Shown here piece after piece: positions 29,061-36,459 of a stretch of DNA of 64,000 bases (the stretch's first letter is position 1; each line of letters begins with the position of its first letter). The translations under genes and the position numbers were made by a program. The notes beneath the pieces are model-generated. The model made no database searches. It saw only the letters and a program-made list of their open reading frames with translations, and was not told the DNA's origin. The stretch spans positions 231,933 to 295,932 of the forward strand of contig JAEWOE010000006.1 in the NCBI GenBank assembly GCA_023460995.1, read 5' to 3'. This stretch comes from Bacillota bacterium. GTDB lineage: Bacteria > Bacillota_I > Bacilli_A > RF39 > UBA660.

Positions 29061-29092
29061 AAAACGATAAGATATTAATATCTTATCGTTTT
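29061..29092. terminator. Bidirectional terminator between the kinase operon and agrBD
   Basis: AAAACGATAAGATA/TATCTTATCGTTTT 14-bp dyad with a TTAA loop. Confidence 0.75.
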
Positions 29093-29102
29093 AACTATAA
29101 TA

Positions 29103-29219
29103 TTATAAAAGTTCTTTAGGACAAACTGGTTCATCAGTCCAAATAAGTCCAGATCTCTGTACATTAGCTGTTCCAGCAGCAATACTTAGAACAGAAATTA
29201 TGTGTGATAACAACCCCAT
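29103..29219 (-). CDS. agrD: AgrD-like autoinducing peptide precursor (38 aa, absent from the ORF track)
   Basis: Translation: MGLLSHIISVLSIAAGTANVQRSGLIWTDEPVCPKELL. AAGGAGG RBS lies inside the agrB 3' end. C-terminal DEPVCPKELL matches the AgrD recognition tail (DEVEVPKEL / DEPEIPAELL). Confidence 0.7.
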   Translation of the reverse strand: MGLLSHIISVLSIAAGTANVQRSGLIWTDEPVCPKELL

Positions 29220-29221
29220 TT

Positions 29222-29839
29222 TTATTCCTCCTTTCGTTTATAGTTTCCATAAACAATGTAATTGTTATATGGCTGATTAAAAAGCTTGTATGTGAAAGGA
29301 GAAATTAAAAGTGACTGAATTAACAAGCTATATGTAGTGGCGTTCAGTATAAAGTTATTTTTAATAATAAGTTGGAGTAATAAAAACATTAATACAACTA
29401 TAATAGACTTAATTTTTCTTTTTATTCTATCGTTTTCTCTAATTAATGGTCTTTTTTTTGTGTCTGCAGGACTATACAATGCAAAAATAGAAATAGCTGC
29501 TCCAGTTATGATGAGTCTATATGACATTTCTATGAAAATATGTATGCATGCGTATGTTCCGCCTATAAATAGTATAATTGATAATATAGTGCAGCTCAAA
29601 CTATTAGATAAATGTAGCCCACCAGCATATGATCTAAGTAGCCAGCACAATAGCAAAAGTATATATAATTTTATTGTTATTCCAATAATTATACTTATAA
29701 ATGTAATAATAATTAATTTTGTGACAAATATGTATAATACTTCTAAACCATAATGTGCTATTATTTTATCCTTCTCTGTATAAACATTATGTTTTTCCAA
29801 AAAGGGCATCGCTTTATCGGCAAATTTTTTACTACTCAT
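29222..29839 (-). CDS. agrB: AgrB-family membrane peptidase (AgrD processing/cyclisation)
   Basis: 205-aa polytopic protein with AgrB-like YAGGLH and PADT motifs. agrD follows immediately. Confidence 0.8.
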   Translation of the reverse strand: MSSKKFADKAMPFLEKHNVYTEKDKIIAHYGLEVLYIFVTKLIIITFISIIIGITIKLYILLLLCWLLRSYAGGLHLSNSLSCTILSIILFIGGTYACIHIFIEMSYRLIITGAAISIFALYSPADTKKRPLIRENDRIKRKIKSIIVVLMFLLLQLIIKNNFILNATTYSLLIQSLLISPFTYKLFNQPYNNYIVYGNYKRKEE

Positions 29840-29921
29840 ATTATCACCTATTATAAAAATACCATCTAAAAACAGTATTTATTTTAATTTTGACTGAAAA
29901 TAAATATGCGCTGTATGAAAT

Positions 29922-30052
29922 AAAAAAAATGTCGATTTTTGCAACTCTTTTTCCATTTCGTGCATAAACTTTGCTCTTTAAGACATCCGACAGGGATATA
30001 AAACTTATTCATTTTATAATAAGAATGTTTCTAAAAAAAGTGTCGATTTTTG
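29922..30052 (+). repeat. Two direct copies of A7-8-TGTCGATTTTTG in the agrB/csp divergent intergenic region
   Basis: TGTCGATTTTTG at 29930-29941 and 30041-30052, each preceded by an A-run. Confidence 0.7.
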
Positions 30053-30066
30053 GTGATTGCATTTTC

Positions 30067-30095
30067 TTGAAAACGAATGCTTACAATTGTATATT
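30067..30095 (+). promoter_or_regulatory. Candidate promoter of the cold-shock gene
   Basis: TTGAAA 30067-30072, 17-nt spacer, TATATT 30090-30095. Overlapped by the dyad GCTTACAAT (30079-30087) / ATTGTAAGC (30099-30107). Confidence 0.45.
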
Positions 30096-30134
30096 TATAT
30101 TGTAAGCAAGATTACTAGAAGGGAGATTTTAGAT

Positions 30135-30347
30135 ATGCGAGGTAAAGTAAAATGGTTTAATAATTCTAAAGGATATGGATTTATTGAATATGATAATGGA
30201 GAAGACATTTTCATTCATTATTCTGCTATTCTTTCAGAAGGATATAAAACATTAGTTGAAGGTCAATTTGTTGAATTTGATTTAGTTCAAACTGCTAAAG
30301 GACTTCAAGCTAAGAATGTTGTCGAAATTAAAACTGCTTTAGTATAA
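30135..30347 (+). CDS. Cold-shock protein (CspA family)
   Basis: 70 aa. [12 protein letters not shown] (RNP1) and DIFIHYS (RNP2). Start at ATG 30135, after AAGGGAG. Confidence 0.9.
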   Translation: MRGKVKWFNNSKGYGFIEYDNGEDIFIHYSAILSEGYKTLVEGQFVEFDLVQTAKGLQAKNVVEIKTALV

Positions 30348-30428
30348 GTAGTTTTTTTTATAACAATATGCTATAATATATATATAAACTATTATGGAAA
30401 GCTGGTGTCCCAATGAACACATTTGTTA

Positions 30429-30470
30429 ATTTCACATAATAGATAAAAAATTTGTGATATTATGTGAAAT
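30429..30470. promoter_or_regulatory. 13-bp perfect inverted repeat upstream of hpf
   Basis: ATTTCACATAATA (30429-30441) / TATTATGTGAAAT (30458-30470), with a 16-nt loop. Confidence 0.4.
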
Positions 30471-30529
30471 CCGTTTATCTTATTTATTAAATATATTGTT
30501 ATGCTATAATTTAATAGGAGGATGATAAT

Positions 30530-31063
30530 ATGAAATTTATTATTAGAGGTCAGAAACTTGAAGTAACTGACGCAATTAAGAAGTATATTGAAGAAAAAAT
30601 TGGAAGATTAGACAAATACTTTGAAAACCCAGATGAATTAACTGCTACAGTAGCAGTTCGTGTTAGAGGAAAAGGACAAATAGTGGAAGTAACAATTCCA
30701 GCTAAGAAATTTATTCTTAGAGGAGAGGAATCTAGCGAAGATTTATATGCTTCAATAGACTTAGTATCTGATAAAATTGAAAGACAAATTAGAAAAAATA
30801 AAACTAAAATGCAAACTAAAAAGGCAAAACCTGTCTTTGCGGATTTTGATATGAATTTTGAAATTAATGATGAAGAAGAAAATGGTAATTTAATCGTTAA
30901 AAGAAAAACGATAGATACTAAGCCGATGTCAGAAGATGAAGCAATACTTCAAATGGAACTAGTAGATCATTCATTCTTCATATTTAAAAATGCCGCAACT
31001 AATAATACTAGTGTGGTATATAAACGAAATGATGGAAATTACGGTTTAATTGATACTAAATAG
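30530..31063 (+). CDS. hpf: Ribosome hibernation-promoting factor, long form
   Basis: 177 aa with an S30AE N-terminal domain (MKFIIRGQKLEVTDAIKKYIEEK) and a C-terminal dimerisation domain. Lies upstream of secA, as in many Firmicutes. Confidence 0.9.
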   Translation: MKFIIRGQKLEVTDAIKKYIEEKIGRLDKYFENPDELTATVAVRVRGKGQIVEVTIPAKKFILRGEESSEDLYASIDLVSDKIERQIRKNKTKMQTKKAKPVFADFDMNFEINDEEENGNLIVKRKTIDTKPMSEDEAILQMELVDHSFFIFKNAATNNTSVVYKRNDGNYGLIDTK

Positions 31064-31070
31064 ACTTAAG

Positions 31071-31095
31071 AAAGACTAAAGTTTAGTCTTTTTTA
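31071..31095 (+). terminator. Intrinsic terminator
   Basis: AAAGACTAAA/TTTAGTCTTT followed by a T-run. Confidence 0.7.
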
Positions 31096-31184
31096 TTTAA
31101 TTCATTAATATTTCACCAATTAACCTTTTAAATATAAAGGATTTTTGATAAAATAATATATGTGTAATTGAGAGGATGAGTAAA

Positions 31185-33677
31185 ATGAATTTTATTAAAA
31201 AAATCTTTGATCATGGATATAAAGAACTTGAAAGTTTTAAAATCAAGGCTAACCAAATTATGGCGCTTGAAGAAGAAATGAGTAAATTATCTGATGACAA
31301 ATTAAAAAAGAAAACGGATGAGTTTAAAAAGAGACTAGCAAGTGGCGAGACTCTAGAAGACATATTAGTAGAAGCTTTCGCTGTAGTTAGAGAAGTTTCA
31401 GAAAGAATGATTGGTGAGAAACCTTTCTATGTTCAAATACTTGGTGGTTTAGCTATTCATTATGGAAATATTGCAGAAATGAAAACTGGTGAAGGTAAAA
31501 CATTAACTTTTGCTATGCCTGCATATTTAAATGCTCTTGAAGGAAAAGGTGTTCATTTGGTTACTGTTAATGAATACTTAGTTGGTGTTGGTGCTGAGTA
31601 TAATAGGAAAACTTTTGAATTTTTAGGTTTAACTGTTGGTACTAATTATAGAGATATGACTCCGAGAGAGAAAAAAGAGACATATGCTTGCGATATTACT
31701 TACTCTACTAATAATGAAGTAGGTTTTGATTATTTACGTGATAACATGGTCGTTAAAGCCGAGAATAGAGTTCAAAGACCACTTAACTTTGTTATCATAG
31801 ATGAAGTTGACTCAGTTTTAATTGATGAAGCAAGAACACCACTTATTATTTCTGGTGGCGCTGTGACATCAGCAAATTTATATATTCAAACTGATAAATT
31901 TGTAAAAAGTTTGAAAGAGAATAATGGTTATTTATATGATGAAAAAACTAAAGCTGTTACCCTTGATAATGAAGGTGTAGAAAAAGCAGAGAAGGCATTT
32001 GGTGTTGATAATCTTTATGATATAAATAATACTAACTTAGTACATTTTATTAATCAAGCTTTAAAGGCGAATTACGCTATGAAAAAAGATTTTGATTATG
32101 TAGTTGAAGAAGGAAAAGTAGTAATAGTTGATTCATTTACTGGCCGCTTGATGCATGGTAGGGCTTATTCTGATGGTTTACATCAAGCAATTGAAGCTAA
32201 AGAAGCAGTGGAAATTCAACAAGAAACAAAGACACTTGCGACTATTACATTCCAAAATTTATTTAGAATGTATGATAAATTATCTGGTATGACAGGAACA
32301 GCTAAAACAGAAGAAGAAGAGTTTAGAGAAATATATAATATGTATGTTATATGTATCCCTACCAATAGAGAAGTAGCTCGTATAGACTATGGAGATTTAA
32401 TATATTCAAATCAAGCTGGTAAATTCAAGGCTATTGTTAAAGAAATAAAAGCTAAACATGAAGTAGGACAACCAGTATTAGTTGGTACTGTAGCTGTTGA
32501 AACTAGTGAAATGCTAAGCAATTTACTTAAAAAAGAACATATTCCACATGAAGTATTGAATGCAAAGAATCATGCTCGTGAAAGTGAATTAATTATGAAT
32601 GCTGGTCAAAAAGGAGCAGTTACAATCGCAACTAATATGGCTGGTCGTGGTGCCGATATAAAGTTAGGCGAAGGTGTTAAAGAATTAGGCGGTTTAGCCG
32701 TTCTTGGTACTGAAAGACATGAATCACGCCGTATTGATAATCAGTTAAGAGGTCGTTCAGGTCGTCAAGGAGATCCTGGATTCTCACAATTTTATGTTTC
32801 ATTTGAAGATGATTTAATGGTGAGATTTGGTACTGATAGAGCAAAAGGGCTACTACAAACATTAGGTTTTTCTGATGATGTAGCTATTCGTCATAAAATG
32901 TTATCTTCAACTATTGAACAAGCTCAAAAGCGTGTTGAAGGTTCAAATTATGATATTAGAAAAACATTACTTCAATATGATGATGTAATTAATCAACAAA
33001 GAGAAAATATTTATGAAAAAAGAAATAAGATATTAGATCAAGAATCAATTCATGATATTATTTTAAGTTCAATTGATAATTATATTTATGATCTAGTATT
33101 CTCACATATGGGTCCTGATAATGCACTTACAGAAAATGATATAGATGAAATACTTGAGTATGTTAATGCAAATTTGGTTAAAGATAAAATAACTAATGAA
33201 GAACTTATTGAACTTACTCCTGAAGAAATAGTTGAGTTTATTGTAAACCGTGTTACAGAAGAGTATAAATTTAAACTTGAAGAAATTCCAGTAGAATTAC
33301 AAAATGAATTTGAAAAGGCAATTGCTTTAAGAGTTATTGATACATATTGGATGGAACATATTAACACAATGTCTATTTTAAGAGAAGGTATTCACTTAAG
33401 AGGATATGCTAACGAAAATCCACTTCGTGCTTATACGAATGAAGGATTCCAGTTATTTGAAGACTTATTAATAAATATTGATAAGCAAACAACACTATTC
33501 TTAATTAGAGCAGAAATAAGACAAAATATTGAAAGAAAACAAGTTGCTAAACCAGAATTAACAAATGATGCTGGAAAAGAAACTAAGAAACAACCAAAAA
33601 AAGTTCAAAAGGTTGGAAGAAATGATGCTTGTCCATGTGGTAGTGGTAAAAAATACAAGCAATGTTGTGGAAAATAA
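31185..33677 (+). CDS. secA: Preprotein translocase ATPase SecA
   Basis: MKTGEGKTL Walker A, DEVDSVLIDEARTPLIISG, and the C-terminal zinc motif CPCGSGKKYKQCCG. Start at ATG 31185. Confidence 0.95.
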   Translation: MNFIKKIFDHGYKELESFKIKANQIMALEEEMSKLSDDKLKKKTDEFKKRLASGETLEDILVEAFAVVREVSERMIGEKPFYVQILGGLAIHYGNIAEMKTGEGKTLTFAMPAYLNALEGKGVHLVTVNEYLVGVGAEYNRKTFEFLGLTVGTNYRDMTPREKKETYACDITYSTNNEVGFDYLRDNMVVKAENRVQRPLNFVIIDEVDSVLIDEARTPLIISGGAVTSANLYIQTDKFVKSLKENNGYLYDEKTKAVTLDNEGVEKAEKAFGVDNLYDINNTNLVHFINQALKANYAMKKDFDYVVEEGKVVIVDSFTGRLMHGRAYSDGLHQAIEAKEAVEIQQETKTLATITFQNLFRMYDKLSGMTGTAKTEEEEFREIYNMYVICIPTNREVARIDYGDLIYSNQAGKFKAIVKEIKAKHEVGQPVLVGTVAVETSEMLSNLLKKEHIPHEVLNAKNHARESELIMNAGQKGAVTIATNMAGRGADIKLGEGVKELGGLAVLGTERHESRRIDNQLRGRSGRQGDPGFSQFYVSFEDDLMVRFGTDRAKGLLQTLGFSDDVAIRHKMLSSTIEQAQKRVEGSNYDIRKTLLQYDDVINQQRENIYEKRNKILDQESIHDIILSSIDNYIYDLVFSHMGPDNALTENDIDEILEYVNANLVKDKITNEELIELTPEEIVEFIVNRVTEEYKFKLEEIPVELQNEFEKAIALRVIDTYWMEHINTMSILREGIHLRGYANENPLRAYTNEGFQLFEDLLINIDKQTTLFLIRAEIRQNIERKQVAKPELTNDAGKETKKQPKKVQKVGRNDACPCGSGKKYKQCCGK

Positions 33678-33826
33678 TTAAAATATAGTAATTATAAATT
33701 TTAATGAAACTTAAGATATAATGGGTTTAACAAATGCAGAGTTAATATTATTAAAATATATAGTATAATTATATTGACTCTGAATGTTTATAAGATAGAA
33801 AAAGTTTTAGAAAGTAGGAATGTATT

Positions 33827-34630
33827 TTGAGTAAGGAAAGTAAAATAGTATTTGCGGTTATTGTACTTGTTTGTTTGGGATTTATTTTATTTTATAGTAT
33901 AAATAAGGACAATAAGAATATGAAAACTGTTAATCAAATAGTTGAAAATGTTTTGGACGCAGATAGCCAAACAATGTTATATATTGGTTCAAGTGATTGT
34001 GAGGCTTGTGATCTACAAGCAGTACAAATGAGCTTACTTTTAGAAAATTATGATTTTGAATATTATTATGTAGATTTTAATAAAATTTCTACTACATCAG
34101 CTAAGACAAAGTTTATTAAAAGTCTAGGAGTTGATACTTCAGAAGATTTTCAAACACCTATGATTTTAATCTATAAAGATGGTGAAATAGTAAGTCAAAC
34201 ACCTAGCTTGACTAGTATAAACAAGATTTTTACTACATTACAAAAAAATAACATCATTTCTAAAGAAGATGCTTTGCCAGTAAATTATCTTACTTTATCA
34301 AGTTTTATTGAACTTACAGAAAAAAGTGGTAAACAAGCTGTTATGCTAGGTTCGCCTATTGAAGTTCAGTCAAATAGTGCTCAGGAAATAATATGGGATA
34401 TAGCTAAAGAAAATAAAATAAGTATTAATTATTTTATGCTTAATGATCTTACTGAAGCAGAAGGAAAAACTTTTGAAAATTCATTAGATTTCTATTCGGT
34501 TGATGACAACAATATAGTTATACCTACATTATTAATAATAGAAGATGGTAAAGTGATAGATTTTATGTCGCAGTTACAAGATTCAGATGCTTATACTAAT
34601 TTCTTGAAAGAAAACGGCATTATAGAATAG
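33827..34630 (+). CDS. Membrane-anchored protein with two thioredoxin-fold-like repeats
   Basis: N-terminal TM, a CEAC motif, and a repeated (I/L)L(I)(Y/E)(K)DG(E/K)(I/V) pattern. TTG start. Confidence 0.45.
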   Translation: MSKESKIVFAVIVLVCLGFILFYSINKDNKNMKTVNQIVENVLDADSQTMLYIGSSDCEACDLQAVQMSLLLENYDFEYYYVDFNKISTTSAKTKFIKSLGVDTSEDFQTPMILIYKDGEIVSQTPSLTSINKIFTTLQKNNIISKEDALPVNYLTLSSFIELTEKSGKQAVMLGSPIEVQSNSAQEIIWDIAKENKISINYFMLNDLTEAEGKTFENSLDFYSVDDNNIVIPTLLIIEDGKVIDFMSQLQDSDAYTNFLKENGIIE

Positions 34631-34640
34631 GGGTGTTAAA

Positions 34641-35093
34641 ATGCAAAAAGAAAATTTAGAAATAATTTATAATAAGGTTATGGAATTTCGCCATAAATAT
34701 CCAATGACAGTGGCATGGAGAATAAAAAAACATTGTAAGATTGTTGCTTTACATATGAATGAAGGCGAACAAGTTAAATATGCTTTTGCTGCTCAAAAGA
34801 ATGATAGTCCGTTTGATATAATTACTACTTATGTAATAGTACTTACAAATAAACGTATTTTATTAGGTTCTAAGAGAGTTGTATTTGGTTATTTTTATAC
34901 AGCAATTACTCCAGACATGTTCAATGATTTAAGCATAAAAATGGGTCTTATCTGGGGCAAAGTATGTATTGATACAGTAAAAGAACAAGTATACTTATCT
35001 AATATTCAAAGAGAAGCATTAGATGAAATTGAAACAGAAGTCACAGAATATATGATGGAAGAAAAGAGAAAATATGCCAATTTTGGAAAATAA
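34641..35093 (+). CDS. Bacterial PH-domain-like (YokE-like) protein
   Basis: 150 aa. YAFAAQKN...YVIVLTNKRILLG pattern. Confidence 0.4.
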   Translation: MQKENLEIIYNKVMEFRHKYPMTVAWRIKKHCKIVALHMNEGEQVKYAFAAQKNDSPFDIITTYVIVLTNKRILLGSKRVVFGYFYTAITPDMFNDLSIKMGLIWGKVCIDTVKEQVYLSNIQREALDEIETEVTEYMMEEKRKYANFGK

Positions 35094-35119
35094 GAAGTAA
35101 GTAATTACTTCTTATTTTA
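35090..35119 (+). terminator. Intrinsic terminator
   Basis: ATAAGAAGTAA/TTACTTCTTAT followed by a T-run. Confidence 0.65.
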
Positions 35120-35172
35120 TTGAAAAAAATTTATTTTTAAGGTATACTTATTATTATAAGGTCGGTGAATAA

Positions 35173-36459
35173 ATGAAGAAGCTATTTGGTATGTTAGTGT
35201 TACTATTTGCTCTTTACTTTTTATATCAGATAACATTTGTTTATTTCCAGGGTGGACATAATATAGATTATGAATTATCTGACGGCAATAATAAAGTAAA
35301 GATTAATGAAGTATTAAGATCAGGAAATAAGAGCGATGCAGATAATTATTCTATATCTTTCAGTATTAATGATATAAATTTTAATGTACAAACTTTTTAT
35401 AATTTTAGCAGAAGTAGTAAAATTATAAGAACTGTTAAATATTATGAAGATAATGATAATAATTGTATCTTTATAAGATATCGAAATAATCAAATTTTAA
35501 ATGATATTTTATGTAATAAAAATAGTGTTTTAATACCATTACATAATTTAGATAATATATCAGATGGATTAAAAGAATTTGTTGAAGAAATGGCAAAATA
35601 TGGTTATGATGATAATAATTGGAATGATAATACTTCTGGTAGTATTGAAAAAGAGGGTGCAACTTTATACCCTAAAAACTTAGTTGAAAATCATTATCTT
35701 GGAGTATCATCTTCATCTGGTTTATATAGAATTAATAAAATTGATCAAATTAAATATGTAAAAGTATATACTACTGATTTAAATAATAATCAGCCTATTT
35801 TAAAAGGTTTTGTTAATGACAAGTATATTGTAGCAAATTATGATGATCAACAAATATATAGGTTCTTTGTTTCTAATTTAACTAATAATGGTTCAAATAT
35901 GTTTGCTACTAAAGTTATTTCAAATGGTACTTATGTACTTGGAAGTTATGGAACATCACTTTATATATATGATCCAGATGCTAGAAAAGAATATGAACTA
36001 GACTATGATTCTCAGAGCCTTTTAGAGGTTGGGAATGTAGAAACTAATATTTTATATTATAGTGAAGGTAAATGGCAAAGAACTCCAATAACTGATAATT
36101 TAACTACTTTGAATTTTGGTAATAATTATTCTAATGATTATATAAATGATAATTATGAAAAAATTGTAAAAGTTGGTAATAACTATGGATACTATTATTT
36201 ATTTAAAAAAGTAAATGATAGGTACATTGTATATAGGTCAGATATAACAAATAGTGAAGTTCTTACTTATTTATTTACTACTACAAATATTAGCAATTTA
36301 GTTTTTACGGATGATTACATATATTATGTAAGTGATGGAAATTTAAAATACTATAGTGATGCAACAGGTAATAGAACGGTAGTTACAAATAGTAATATAT
36401 TAAGTCCTTCTAATGTATCTATTGGTGTATATGTAGAAAGAAAAAAAGAATTATTTTAA
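35173..36459 (+). CDS. Membrane-anchored protein with a beta-propeller-like (DUF5050-like) C-terminal region
   Basis: N-terminal TM, and repeated YIYY..DGNLKYY-type strands. Confidence 0.4.
   Translation: MKKLFGMLVLLFALYFLYQITFVYFQGGHNIDYELSDGNNKVKINEVLRSGNKSDADNYSISFSINDINFNVQTFYNFSRSSKIIRTVKYYEDNDNNCIFIRYRNNQILNDILCNKNSVLIPLHNLDNISDGLKEFVEEMAKYGYDDNNWNDNTSGSIEKEGATLYPKNLVENHYLGVSSSSGLYRINKIDQIKYVKVYTTDLNNNQPILKGFVNDKYIVANYDDQQIYRFFVSNLTNNGSNMFATKVISNGTYVLGSYGTSLYIYDPDARKEYELDYDSQSLLEVGNVETNILYYSEGKWQRTPITDNLTTLNFGNNYSNDYINDNYEKIVKVGNNYGYYYLFKKVNDRYIVYRSDITNSEVLTYLFTTTNISNLVFTDDYIYYVSDGNLKYYSDATGNRTVVTNSNILSPSNVSIGVYVERKKELF

Noticed and set aside
29337-29753. 138-aa plus-strand ORF inside agrB
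   Set aside because: It is antisense to the AgrB-family gene, which has family motifs, an RBS and the adjacent agrD.
33678-33826. Expected prfB (with its programmed frameshift) downstream of secA
   Set aside because: No RF2-like ORF or frameshift motif is present. The next gene encodes a thioredoxin-fold membrane protein.
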